64,000 nt of DNA, taken from assembly GCA_964016885.1 (NCBI GenBank), contig OZ024740.1, positions 37,262,001-37,326,000 of the forward strand, read 5' to 3'. The notes beneath the pieces are model-generated. The model saw only the letters and a program-made list of their open reading frames with translations, was not told where the DNA came from and ran no database searches. Position numbers and translations under genes: made by a program. Below are positions 28,066 through 41,961 of the stretch, piece by piece. This DNA is from Eledone cirrhosa (taxonomy: Eukaryota). The first letter of the stretch is position 1; each line of letters opens with the position of its first letter.

Positions 28066-28303
28066 TTATGATTCATACATGTAACATGTATTTCTCTACC
28101 TTAGGATCTCAAGGCCTAGGTATGGTAGCAACTGCAGACTGTATATGGCAGTACAAGAGCTAGGCCTCTGGGTAATGATAGAGGCCTAGCTCTTGTACTG
28201 TTATTCATGCATTCTTAACAGCTATGTTCAGTCTGCAGTTGCTATCATACTTAAGCCTTGAAACCTAAGGTAGCATAATATTAGATACACTTATGAATCA
28301 TAA
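28066..28303. repeat. Imperfect nested fold-back (~240 bp)
   Basis: Pairs attatgattcata/tatgaatcataat, ctaccttagg/cctaaggtag, tagcaactgcagactg/cagtctgcagttgcta, cagtacaagagctaggcctct/agaggcctagctcttgtactg. Confidence 0.75.
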
Positions 28304-28689
28304 TTAATAATAAAGGTTACTGATTTTAAAGGCCAGACATTTTGGGGGAGAGTAAAGTCGATTAAATTGACCCCAGGGTGTGACTGCTACTTTATTTTTC
28401 CAACCTCTTAAGGATAAAAGGCAAAGCTAACCTCAGCCACTCAGTTGGCATTAAAGCAATGTCTACTCTTACTGCATTGTTTTCAAACATCTGGAGATCT
28501 CTCTTTTGTGGGTTTCAACACCCCCCCCCTACACCCCCAAAGAGTTTTGGGCTTAAAATTGCAGAGATAGCCACAATTTATTGAAGTTTTTTTCCACTCG
28601 CCATATTTAGAATGCAAGTCTTGACTTAATTTACACACACACACATATATATGTATATTGAAGGAAGACGTGGTAGAGGTAGACCACGA

Positions 28690-28832
28690 AAAACATGGGC
28701 GGAGGTGGTGAGAGCAGACTTCAGATTGCTGAAGCTCACGGTGGAGATGACAAGTGGAGAGATGCTGTGCTGAATAAGACCCATCCCTCCCTTGCAAGCA
28801 GGGAAAATCGGACGTAAAAATGATGATGATGA
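28690..28832 (+). mobile_element. RTE 3'-end fragment with the same terminus as the CORE SINE
   Basis: cccttgcaagcagggaaaatcggacgtaaaaatgatgatgat matches 24616-24660; upstream GRPRKTWAEVV-like codons. Confidence 0.7.
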
Positions 28833-29281
28833 TCTATATGTATAAAACTGAGGGTGTGTGTCTGTGAGTTTGAATCCCTAAAAAATGAGAAGTACCCAAC
28901 CGATTTTTTTCAAACTTTACATGTGTATTACTTATGTTTCAGGGAGTGTTATGCACATAAAATTCAACTTTATGATCCTCTAGGGCCCGCATTAGGTGAA
29001 AAACTTCACTTTTTTAGGCGTTACCTCTAGCCGATTTTCCTGAAATTTCAAGGCATATTATGCACATAAAAAAAATTCATTTTCTTGATCCCCTAGGGCC
29101 GACATTAGGTGAAAACCTGCATTTTTCCTGCTTCATCGAGGAAAATCTTAAAGATTATCCAGAGTATTCGGTTTATTTTCTTTACATATTGTCCAGGCAT
29201 GCAGTTTTTCCACAGTTAGGTCTGTTGGCGGCCCACATTCCAAAATACTTTATCCCGTGCAACGCCGGGTATCACTGCTAG
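28833..29281 (+). mobile_element. Non-autonomous Helitron
   Basis: 5' TC (tctatatgtataaaa); 3' hairpin cccgtgcaacgccggg ~8 nt before terminal CTAG; inserted between A and T with no TSD. Confidence 0.85.
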
Positions 29282-29419
29282 TATATGTATATATGTATGC
29301 CTGTGTCCATGTTCTACTTTGATATATACAGATATATGTACGTGTGCACCCCACCTCACATTCTGCATATATTTGTGTCTGCTTTACTTATATATACAGA
29401 TTTTATTTGTAAGTAAATT

Positions 29420-29890
29420 TAATATGTATATGTATGCCCCTGTTCTATTAATATGTATATGTGTGCCTCTGTTCTAATATGTATATGTGTGCCCCCTGTT
29501 CTAATATGTATATGTGTGCCCCCTGTTCTATTAATATGTATATGTGTGCCCCCTGTTCTAATATGTATATGTGTGCCCCTGTTCTAATATGTATGTGTGT
29601 GCCCCCTGTTCTAATATGTATGTGTGTGCCCCCTGTTCTAATATGTATATGTGTGCCCCTGTTCTAATATGTATATGTGTGCCTCCTGTTCTAATATGTA
29701 TATGTGTGCCCCCTGTTCTAATATGTATGTGTGTGCCCCCTGTTCTATTAATATGTATGTGTGCCCCCTGTTCTAATATGTATATGTGTGCCCCCTGTTC
29801 TAATATGTATGTGTGTGCCCCCTGTTCTATTAATATGTATGTGTGCCCCCTGTTCTAATATGTATATGTGTGTCCCCTGTTCTAATATGT
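29420..29890. repeat. Minisatellite, ~26-30-bp unit aatatgtatatgtgtgccccctgttct
   Basis: About 17 tandem copies visible. Confidence 0.95.
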
Positions 29891-30227
29891 GTGCCGTCGT
29901 CGGTCCCGTTCTGCAAGTATGTGTGTGTTGATCTTCGAATTTGTTATGTTTTGTTTCGTCGGCTTATTTCGGTCTATTCAACGTCATGTGCTCAGCCAGT
30001 ATATCAACGAATATAACCAGTTTCATGGAAAACAAAATACGATAAATAGAAATATGTTCACACGCATAGGCAATTAACAGAAACAATTCTTTTTAGATCT
30101 TTTCCGGCTTGTGAAATACACTCAAAATACTAACCACGTGTAGAAAAAAAAATCCTATTGTTTTGATTCACTACAGTTCTGGTTAACGTTGACAAATATT
30201 TTTCCCGTCATGCTGACCGAACAGAAG

Positions 30228-30415
30228 TTGGTGGATTGGCAGTATCGGTAGACGGTCGGACATGCTTTCCAGCATAGTCACGTCCCTTTACGATCTGAGT
30301 TCAAATACCGCCGAGGTTAACTTTGCCTTTCATCCTTATGGGGTCGATAAAATAACGTACCAGTAATACACTAGGATAATTGCTGGCCTTGTGCGAAAAG
30401 TAGAAACAATTATTA
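30228..30415 (+). mobile_element. tRNA-derived SINE (second family), near full length
   Basis: A-box-like tggcagtatcgg; B box gagttcaaatacc; central aactttgcctttcatccttatggggtcgataaaat. Degenerate copies near 22857 (+) and 28350-28440 (-). Confidence 0.8.
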
Positions 30416-30452
30416 ACCATCTATATATATGTATATATATATATGTACGGGA

Positions 30453-31515
30453 GGTTTGGACGGGAGTTTTCCCACTTGAGGCAAGAGTGGTTGTCTTGCT
30501 CGCATAGCACTGTCTGGCGGGTTTTCTACAGTTGGATGCCCTTCCTAACACCAACCACATCTACAGTGTGGGGCTGGGAGGTTTTTACCGTGTTGCCTAC
30601 ACGGCCACATTTACAGCGTGGACTGTGTGTTTTTTTTTTGTCGTGACACCTACACGATCTCATTTGTTTCGGCCTGGATGGTGTGGCACCAACATAACTT
30701 TACATAGAAGGGAGCGGTGTGGATGGGGTGGGGGTGGTGGGACGGGGGTGTATTTTGTTAGAGATGCCTACTGACTGTAGTAGGTTTTACTATGTATTTA
30801 GGTAAGGCGGGTCTTCTCTATTACTGAGTACCGCCAAAGGTCTCGGTCCAGTGACATTGTCTTGGAGAGGTGTAAGTGTGTGAGGTCGGAGTTTATCAGC
30901 TCGTCCCAGGTTTTTCTAGGTCTGCCTATTCCGTGGCTACCATCTATCTTTATTGCCCTGCACTTTGTTATACAGCTATCGACTTTCATGCGCATCACGT
31001 GTCCATACCAACGTAGCCTTCTCTCGAGTAAACAACATCTGATCCCTCTTATTTCTAATTTTTTCCTTAGTTCGTTTATGCTTTGCCGTTCACGTATATT
31101 ACTATTACACATCCAGCGGAGCATGCAAGCTTCGTTCCTCTCTAGTCTGCGTATATCCTCTGCACACAATGCCCAGGTCTCACTGCCATGCAACATTGCT
31201 GTTTGTATGCAGGCATCATACAACCTGCCTTTCGTTTTTAGGGAGAACCCTTTAGCGGCTAATAGTGGTATAAGCTCTCTGAACTTTTTCCATCCAGTTC
31301 TGACTCTAGCTACTGTACTTTCAGAGCACCCTCCCCCACTGCTGATTTTGTCACCCAGGTAACGGAAGCTGTCCACTATTTCTATAGAGCCCTCTGCGCA
31401 GTTGAAAGAGCTAGTATTTTGTGGGCACTTGCTGCTACTTATTGCACCAGAGCACCGGCCACATGTAAAATCTGTGTTCTTAGTTAGCTTACCTGTGATC
31501 CCACTACATCTTTTA
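30453..31515 (-). mobile_element. RTE subfamily A, 5'-truncated within the PHD; lacks the normal 3' tail
   Basis: Reverse complement of ~1990-3052; [12 protein letters not shown]...KTRLT is intact. Confidence 0.95.
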
Positions 31516-31598
31516 TATATATATATATATACACACATATATATATATATATAAACACATATATATATATACACACATATATATATATAGATAAACAC

Positions 31599-31630
<32 letters not shown>

Positions 31631-31637
31631 ATATATA

Positions 31638-32300
31638 TTAGAAAGTGAGGTTTTTTTTACAAAATGAAAAATAACCGAGGTGTTCTACACGAGTGAAAGT
31701 ATAAAGAAAAAGAGATGAAATCGAAAATGCAACTGGAGTCTTATTTTTTAAAAAAATATATATATTTATTTGGTTCCTTTACCGGTTTCGCAGTTGTTCT
31801 GCTTTTCAAAAGGTGAGTTGAGATGGAGGGTCTGTGGTTTTTCTCACATCTGGTTGGTCTCTGAATGTTACTTGTTTTATATGGAAAAAGTGGCTCGAAA
31901 TGCCAGGTTTTTCGAGAAGTAATTTGATTGGTTTGTCAATAATTATAATAAATTTCGCGCCAGTTCGCGTTACAATAGTTCTTCAAATAAGAGGGGGGGG
32001 GTTGTCACAGATTGTTTTTTCATATATGAGTGTTTGAATTTCTTTTTACTTGAAAAAAGGAGGCTCAGGAAGGTTTTTTTTTGGTTGGTTATAAATGAAA
32101 TTTAGCTGTCACATGAACAAGTTTTTATTACATTTTTGCGCCCTTATTTGGAAAACTATTCTGTAGTCTTTATAGTGAATGTTATGACAATGGAGAGATA
32201 GTGGTCAAGAGAAAAGGGATTGGGAGAAATGTTCTGGTTCAGTGAATATGGCCAGCTGGCCAGGGTGTCAGAGTTCAGATTTTCTATTGAGACTGAAGAT
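31638..32300 (-). mobile_element. Penelope-type terminal repeat module with hammerhead variant (second copy at 63746-64000)
   Basis: 31638-31890 is near-identical to 63746-64000; both begin directly at a TA array; right boundary uncertain. Confidence 0.65.
31776..31813 (-). ncRNA. Minimal hammerhead variant (TTGAAAA core)
   Basis: Minus strand: cctt-TTGAAAA-gcag aacaa ctgc-GAAA-ccgg-TA-aagg; palindromic stem III accggt. Confidence 0.7.
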
Positions 32301-32587
32301 ACATATGTTTATTTGTGTGTATATGTGTGTGTGTATGTGTGTATTGGAAGATGATTCTATTAGTAGAGATGGGGGAGGGAGTTGTGTGTGTGTGTATATG
32401 GGTGTTATGTGTGTGTGTGCAAGTATGTTAAGATGGAGAGAATATATATTTTGTGTTTGTGTATATATATATGTGTGTAGGAAAGTGGTTCTATTAGTAG
32501 AAATGGAGTTGTAGGTGTGGGGGTTGTTATGTGTGTGTATGGGTGTTATGTGTGTGGGAGTATGGTTAGCATGTTAAGATGAAGAGA

Positions 32588-32620
<33 letters not shown>

Positions 32621-32647
32621 CATATATATATACATATATATATATAC

Positions 32648-32720
<73 letters not shown>

Positions 32721-32743
32721 CATATATATATACATATATATAC

Positions 32744-32798
<55 letters not shown>

Positions 32799-32814
32799 CA
32801 CATATATATATATA

Positions 32815-33138
32815 TCATCATCATCATCATCATCTCATTTTACGTCCACTTTTCCCTGCTTGCAAGGGTGGGACGGGAACTGATTCTGGCTTGATTTCTA
32901 CAGCTGGATGCCCTTCCTAACACCAACCTCATTTACAGTGAGTGCTGGGTGCTTTTTTGCCGTGGCACCTCCACGACCACTTTACAGTGGAATGATAGGG
33001 ACCCCAGTCCCTATCATCTCATTTCTACAGCTGAGTAAACTGGAGCAATGTGAAATAAAGTGCCTTGCTCAAGGAAACAACACATCACCCGGTCTGATTG
33101 CAAGGCCAATGCTCTAACCACTAAGCCATGTGCCTCCA
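32815..33138 (-). mobile_element. CORE-type SINE copy with internal deletion of the B-box region
   Basis: Reverse complement of 24323-24664; gcaatc is joined directly to agaccggg; embedded in TACA arrays. Confidence 0.9.
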
Positions 33139-33148
33139 TATATATACA

Positions 33149-33263
<115 letters not shown>

Positions 33264-33289
33264 ATATACATATACATATATATATATAC

Positions 33290-33336
<47 letters not shown>

Positions 33337-33343
33337 TATATAC

Positions 33344-33388
<45 letters not shown>

Positions 33389-33389
33389 C

Positions 33390-33440
<51 letters not shown>

Positions 33441-33441
33441 C

Positions 33442-33500
<59 letters not shown>

Positions 33501-33501
33501 C

Positions 33502-33571
<70 letters not shown>

Positions 33572-34095
33572 TGTTATATTTGGGGAGGGTCACATTTGCG
33601 TAATATTGCCAGAATTAATAACAGAACACACTCACTGTTTGGTTGGTTTTCGCTTCTCGCTGTCTTTTATATATATATATCTGCGATCTAACTTACTCGG
33701 TCCTCAATGTTGCCATTGACTGACCGGCGGTCAAAAATAATACAGATACAATATAGACACAAACACATATATATAGTTTACATAATTTACATAAATCTTT
33801 CGTTGCACATCTGCAACATCGTCAGTGGTGTTATATTCATTGTTCCTCCTGTTGTGTTGTATGTCTACGCCATTTTTTTTTTGTTCAGTCTGTCTATATA
33901 TTTATTTATTTATTTGCTTGTTTGTTTATCTTATTTTATTTTGTCTTCTTTGCGCATGCGTTTGCGTGTGTGTATAGTGTTATGTGTGATGTGTGACTAG
34001 TGTGTATAGTGTTGTGTCTGTTGGGTGACTAGTGTGTGTTTATGTGCTTGTGTATGTATTTATTTATCTTATTTTATTTAATTTTATTTACTTAT

Positions 34096-35019
34096 TTATA
34101 CTTCTCTTAGGTCAGTGTTGTTTGTTTGGGTGTTGTTGTTGTTCCACTCATTCTTTCTGTTTAGCTTTGGTCTTCTAATTTCTATTTCACTGGCCTCTCT
34201 GATTTGCCTATCTGCTGGGTCATTCCTATGTTTAGATATTATTCTAATTTCTATGTTGTCTATGTTACCGTCGTGTTGTTGTCTAGCATGTTCGTATAGT
34301 ACTGACCCGTTTTTTCGTCCTTTTAGTTCCCCCCAGTGTTGGTCTATCCTTTCACCTATGCTACGAGCTGTCTCACCTATGTATGTTGTTGTCATGTTTC
34401 TGCAAGTACCCTCTAAACATCTTATGCTATAGACTACGTTTCTGGTTTTACAGTTTATCCGGGGGTTCACCTTACATATGATGCATTTCCTATTAGTACA
34501 GTGGGTTTTCTTAAAAGGGTAGGTTTTGCTGATCAGGGATTTTATGGTGGTTCCTGGCTTTTCTACCACCTTTATTTTTAAGTGGGTCTTTCTCAGGGCC
34601 TTTCTACACTGGTTAGCTAATTTCCCTCCAGGGGTGGCATCCACAAACATGACACTCTGATATCTCTGGTTGTCGTACCATGATGTGGCCTTCCCTATCT
34701 TATGTCTAGCCCTATCTAAGCTATTCCATGATTTGCTCCTGTATAGTGGGCAAATTCCTTTCATGTCCAGTTCTATGAGAGTCTTATACTTTTCCATGGC
34801 TCCTTCGTATACTCTGACTCTGTCTCTTTGGTTGTAGCCAGAGAACTGCATGCGGTTGATGAAGTGTTGGATGTGTCCTTCCATTTCTGTTGGGTCGCAC
34901 ATGCTGGACACATTCTTCATCACTCGTACCAAATCTGCGATCAGAATATTAAACTTAGCACTACTGGACATTGCTGAGTTTTTGAGTATCAGGTATTTGG
35001 AGGCCATGGGTTTAGCATA
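34096..35019 (-). pseudogene. Inverted duplicate of the PLE thumb + GIY-YIG coding region
   Basis: Same protein as 36098-37021 except CLEG versus CTEG. Confidence 0.9.
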
Positions 35020-35113
35020 CCTCAACGCTCACATGATGATGTGAACTGACATCCTAAAGCCAAGCAGACGCACTGCCAACAACTTCCAGGCGTCTAACAA
35101 TGGCATACCACCC

Positions 35114-37021
35114 TTGTATGGGCTCCGCAAAGACCACAAGACGGTCGACGACCCGACAACAGGACCACCAACAAGACCCGTATGCGGAGCTAATATAGCT
35201 AGCAACTACAGGATCTCCTACTTCCTCTCAATGGTTATACGCCCCATAATCAAGATGTCCCCAGATGTATGTGAAAGTACAGAGGACCTCCTCAGCAGAA
35301 TCAGTGAGTGCAACAAAAACAGGAGCCTATCCAACTGCATAATAGGCAGCATGGATGTGGTGTCACTGTACCCATCCATTAACATTGATTTTGCTGTGAA
35401 AAGATGTGTGGAGATGATCATTGAGAGTGAGGTGTTCTGCGACGTCGACACAGACGAACTGGGCCTCCTACTTAGACTTACCTACGACACTGACTACCTA
35501 GACAGCCATGACCTTAGATGTTTCTGCCCTAGTAGACCTATAAGAGGTAGACCCCCCACCATAACCTCAATGGCTAAAAAGACTCCCATAGGAAGGTGGA
35601 TTGGGTGGACCAAAGCTATACGGACCCCCAAAAACACTGATCAGGTAAGAAAAATGGTCGCACATGCAATAGGGGCTAGTATCAAAACTACCCTAAAGGG
35701 CCACATATTTAAGTTCAATGAGAAAATCTACACCCAAAATGAGGGAGCAGCCATCGGCGTCAGCATAGCTGGTGATGTTGCCAACCTTTTCATGGTATGG
35801 TGGGAAAGGAGACTTAAAGATCTCCTTAATGAAAGCTCCATAGACCTCATCATGTACTCTCGTTATGTAGACGATATCAATATAGTTATAAGAACACCCC
35901 CACTAGAGAGCACTAACAAGTTTGATTTAGAACGTAGCACGATGGAAAGCATCCAGCAGATAGCTAATTCCATACACCAGAGTATAACTGTAACTATAGA
36001 CTTCCCTTCCAAACACCCTAACAATAGACTACCTGTATTAGACACAGAACTCTGGATTAACACTATAGACGAGAGAGCCCAAATTCTCCACTCACACTAT
36101 GCTAAACCCATGGCCTCCAAATACCTGATACTCAAAAACTCAGCAATGTCCAGTAGTGCTAAGTTTAATATTCTGATCGCAGATTTGGTACGAGTGATGA
36201 AGAATGTGTCCAGCATGTGCGACCCAACAGAAATGGAAGGACACATCCAACACTTCATCAACCGCATGCAGTTCTCTGGCTACAACCAAAGAGACAGAGT
36301 CAGAGTATACGAAGGAGCCATGGAAAAGTATAAGACCCTCATAGAACTGGACATGAAAGGAATTTGCCCACTATACAGGAGCAAATCATGGAATAGCTTA
36401 GATAGGGCTAGACATAAGATAGGGAAGGCCACATCATGGTACGACAACCAGAGATATCAGAGTGTCATGTTTGTGGATGCCACCCCTGGAGGGAAATTAG
36501 CTAACCAGTGTAGAAAGGCCCTGAGAAAGACCCACTTAAAAATAAAGGTGGTAGAAAAGCCAGGAACCACCATAAAATCCCTGATCAGCAAAACCTACCC
36601 TTTTAAGAAAACCCACTGTACTAATAGGAAATGTATCATATGTAAGGTGAACCCCCGGATAAACTGTAAAACCAGAAACGTAGTCTATAGCATAAGATGT
36701 ACAGAGGGTACTTGCAGAAACATGACAACAACATACATAGGTGAGACAGCTCGTAGCATAGGTGAAAGGATAGACCAACACTGGGGGGAACTAAAAGGAC
36801 GAAAAAACGGGTCAGTACTATACGAACATGCTAGACAACAACACGACGGTAACATAGACAACATAGAAATTAGAATAATATCTAAACATAGGAATGACCC
36901 AGCAGATAGGCAAATCAGAGAGGCCAGTGAAATAGAAATTAGAAGACCAAAGCTAAACAGAAAGAATGAGTGGAACAACAACAACACCCAAACAAACAAC
37001 ACTGACCTAAGAGAAGTATAA
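35114..37021 (+). CDS. Penelope-like RT + GIY-YIG endonuclease (N-terminally truncated)
   Basis: LYGLRKDHK..GPPTRPVCGA, SMDVVSLYPSI, GAAIG, RYVDD, LPVLD; Cys linker CTNRKCIIC; NVVYSIRC..YIGETARSIGER..QH; RQIREA..LNRKNE. The frame extends upstream past one stop to 35021. Confidence 0.93.
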   Translation: MYGLRKDHKTVDDPTTGPPTRPVCGANIASNYRISYFLSMVIRPIIKMSPDVCESTEDLLSRISECNKNRSLSNCIIGSMDVVSLYPSINIDFAVKRCVEMIIESEVFCDVDTDELGLLLRLTYDTDYLDSHDLRCFCPSRPIRGRPPTITSMAKKTPIGRWIGWTKAIRTPKNTDQVRKMVAHAIGASIKTTLKGHIFKFNEKIYTQNEGAAIGVSIAGDVANLFMVWWERRLKDLLNESSIDLIMYSRYVDDINIVIRTPPLESTNKFDLERSTMESIQQIANSIHQSITVTIDFPSKHPNNRLPVLDTELWINTIDERAQILHSHYAKPMASKYLILKNSAMSSSAKFNILIADLVRVMKNVSSMCDPTEMEGHIQHFINRMQFSGYNQRDRVRVYEGAMEKYKTLIELDMKGICPLYRSKSWNSLDRARHKIGKATSWYDNQRYQSVMFVDATPGGKLANQCRKALRKTHLKIKVVEKPGTTIKSLISKTYPFKKTHCTNRKCIICKVNPRINCKTRNVVYSIRCTEGTCRNMTTTYIGETARSIGERIDQHWGELKGRKNGSVLYEHARQQHDGNIDNIEIRIISKHRNDPADRQIREASEIEIRRPKLNRKNEWNNNNTQTNNTDLREV

Positions 37022-37284
37022 ATAAGTAAATAAAATTAAATAAAATAAGATAAATAAATACATACACAAGCACATAAACACACACTAGTCACCCAGCAGA
37101 CACAACACTATACACACTAGTCACACATCACACATAACACTATACACACACGCAAACGCATGCGCAAAGAAGACAAAATAAAATAAGATAAACAAACAAG
37201 CAAATAAATATATAAATATATAGATAGACTGAACAAAAAAAAAATGGCGTAGACATACAACACAACAGGAGGAACAATGAATAT

Positions 37285-37330
37285 AACACCACTGACGATG
37301 TTGCAGATGTGCAACGAAAGATTTATGTAA
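37285..37330 (+). ncRNA. Hammerhead-like motif in the PLE terminal repeat (weak stems I and III); mirror copy at 33790-33830 (-)
   Basis: CTGACGA-t-gttgca gatg tgcaac-GAAA-gattta. Confidence 0.55.
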
Positions 37331-37592
37331 ATTATGTAAACTATATATATGTGTTTGTGTCTATATTGTATCTGTATTATTTTTGACCGCCGGTCAGTCA
37401 ATGGCAACATTGAGGACCGAGTAAGTTAGATCGCAGATATATATATATAAAAGACAGCGAGAAGCGAAAACCAACCAAACAGTGAGTGTGTTCTGTTATT
37501 AATTCTGGCAATATTACGCAAATATGACCCTCCCCAAATATAACAATATCTGTTTCGACACACGATTTCATATAAAAAACCTCGCAAAACTA

Positions 37593-37662
<70 letters not shown>

Positions 37663-37823
37663 CATACATACATATATATATACATACATATATATATACA
37701 TACATATATATATACATACATATATATATACATACATTTATATATACATACATATATATATACATACATATATATATACATACATATATATATACATACA
37801 TATATATATACATACATATATAT

Positions 37824-37900
<77 letters not shown>

Positions 37901-37955
37901 TATATATATATATATACACATATATATATATATATATATACACATATATATATAT

Positions 37956-37989
<34 letters not shown>

Positions 37990-37991
<2 letters not shown>

Positions 37992-38930
37992 TTCGTTTCT
38001 GAATTTGTTTAGCAAGATTCTTTATCTGAAATCGTGTGTTGAAACCGATATTGTTATACTTTGGGAGGGTCATGTTGCCAATAAGAAACACATGCACCAG
38101 TTGCTTTCACTTCAATTTATTATTATAATAAATTTATTATAAATTTATAAATTTCTGATTGGTTGGTTGGTTCCACAACCAGATAGTTGTTTATATATTG
38201 TCATAGTTCTTTCGTCACACACTCTGTGACCTCTTCAGTGACTGGGGATTCCTTTCTTTGTTTCTGTGCCTCTCCTTCTGTCCTACGCCATTTTGTTTCT
38301 GTGTGTGTGTTGTGTGCTCAGTCTGCGCATGCGCCACATCAGGGCGTCTGTGTGTGTTTATGTTCATTTATTTATTTACATGTTACTGGTTGGTTGTTTG
38401 TTCTATGTGTGTGTGTGTTTTCATTTTGTCCTTAATTGTAAGTTGTGATGTTGCTGTTCCACTCATATTTTCTATTTAATTTTGGTTGTAATTCTTTTAT
38501 GTTTATTGCCTCTAGACAAATTACAGAGGCAATAAACATAAAAGAATTACAACCAAAATTAAATAGAAAATATGAGTGGAACAGCAACATCACAACTTAC
38601 AATTAAGGACAAAATGAAAACACACACACACATAGAACAAACAACCAACCAGTAACATGTAAATAAATAAACAAATAGATAAATGAACATAAACACACAC
38701 AGACACCCGGATGTGGCGCATGCGCAGACTGAGCACACAACACAACCAACCAACCAACCAACCAGAAATTTATAAATTTGTAAATTTATAAATATATAAT
38801 AAACTGAAGTGAAAGCAACTGGTGCGTGTGTTTCTTATTGGCAACATGGCACTCCCAAAGTATAACAATATCGGTTTCAACACACGATTTCAGATAAAGA
38901 ATCTTGCTAAACAAATTCAGAAACGAAATA
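37990..38930. mobile_element. Inverted pair of PLE terminal repeats from a related subfamily, no ORF
   Basis: 37990-38512 is inverted at 38525-38928 with an indel. The ends (cccaaagtataacaatatcggtttcaacacacgatttca) are homologous to 37525-37570. Confidence 0.8.
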
Positions 38931-39084
38931 CATATATATATATATATGTAGATAAATCTACCAAAAGTTTATGGTAGTGTCCAATCCGTATGAAGAACTC
39001 AATGTAATCCGGATATCATGGAAAGAAGAGATGCATTAAAAAATCACTTTCGGTGAAAGATAAACGGAATACAGAGTCAAGATA

Positions 39085-40699
<1,615 letters not shown>

Positions 40700-40700
40700 C

Positions 40701-40833
<133 letters not shown>

Positions 40834-40844
40834 CATATGTACAT

Positions 40845-41961
40845 ACTAGCTAGAAAAATGCGTACAGCAAAAAAAAGTAATATTGTTGGAACAAACCTTT
40901 AAAAATACAGGACAAGGAAGTAAGATAAACCTTTAAAAATACAGGACAAAGAACTAAGATAAAACTTTAAAAGAATAGGACAAGGAATATAAATTTTTAC
41001 AATAATATTAGTGGCAAAATTCAATTGGTAAAAAATTGAGTTTCCATCATTACACCAATTACAACTATGATGTTCCGCATGCATCCACTCCAACCATGAT
41101 CACTTGTCTGTCATCTTTCCCGGTCCAACTCCTCGCGGATGACCCGGCGCAACTCGGACTGGGTCGGAGCAGGAACTGGAGGGGGAGAGGGAGGGGTACG
41201 GGTCTTGACTCTGGGACGATGACGGCGAGTGACCAAGGTGAATGGGCCCGTGTTCGACTCGGAATCCTGCTGGTCCTCGATGACACTTTGAGGCACGGTT
41301 GACGGTTCCGGACTGGCTTCATGGGCAGTGGTAGAAGGGCAGGTGGATAGGGCAGAGTGCTTCTTCCTGGGAGAGCACTTGAAGCAGGTGAAGCCGGCGC
41401 CGGACTCGTTGAACCACTTCCAGACAGCACTGGGCATGTTGGCGCAGCAATGATGAAAGTTGAAGCAGGCGACGAGGGGGGAGGAGGTGGAGGCGTTGGT
41501 GCAGGAGCAACAGACTGCTGATTTGGGAGTCATTGTAGCTGGGGGATGCAGGCGCTGAGGGGGCTCGAGTAGAAGGGAAGAACAGAAATGAACCATGATG
41601 ACTTTTCCTACATTTTTCCTGGCCCACTTCCTCATGAACCAATGAACCAGTTGGTACAACTCGGACTTGGAGGAGGAACACAAGACAGGGATCAATTTCA
41701 TTGTATTGATATTTCTCATTAAGTAATTTCATGTTACTCAAATAAATCACTTTTATTTGATCAATTATCTATTTTTCCAATAAAATTTTTGCCACTAATA
41801 TTATTGTAAAAATTTATATTCCTTGTCCTATTCTTTTAAAGTTTTATCTTAGTTCTTTGTCCTGTATTTTTAAAGGTTTATCTTACTTCCTTGTCCTGTA
41901 TTTTTAAAGGTTTGTTCCAACAATATTACTTTTTTTTGCTGTACGCATTTTTCTAGCTAGT
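40845..41961. mobile_element. Element with ~175-bp inverted terminal repeats enclosing a GC-rich PHD/LINE-ORF1-like fragment
   Basis: actagctagaaaaatgcg..tagtggcaaaa (40845-41019) is inverted at 41785-41961; the arms contain ~33-bp subrepeats; no TSD seen. Confidence 0.8.
41075..41533 (-). pseudogene. Fragment resembling a PHD-containing ORF1 of CR1/L2-group LINEs
   Basis: MTPKSAVCCSC..VACFNFHHCC..W......GFTCFKC, then ELRRVIREELDRER and a frameshifted RQVIMVGV. Confidence 0.55.

Larger units (their letters stand above)
33568..37590. mobile_element. Penelope-like element (Neptune/Nematis-type), 5'-truncated, with an inverted 1.45-kb duplication of its 3' part
   Basis: 33568-35019 is the reverse complement of 36098-37549; the sense copy starts at 35020. 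Confidence 0.93.

Noticed and set aside
29420-29890. Regular repeats that might be taken for a CRISPR array (also 43605-44168)
   Set aside because: Head-to-tail units without unique spacers, no cas genes, eukaryotic context.
38985-39068. Hammerhead-like tccgt-ATGAAGA..GAAA..acgga
   Set aside because: Core C3 is mutated and stems II and III are poor; it could be chance.
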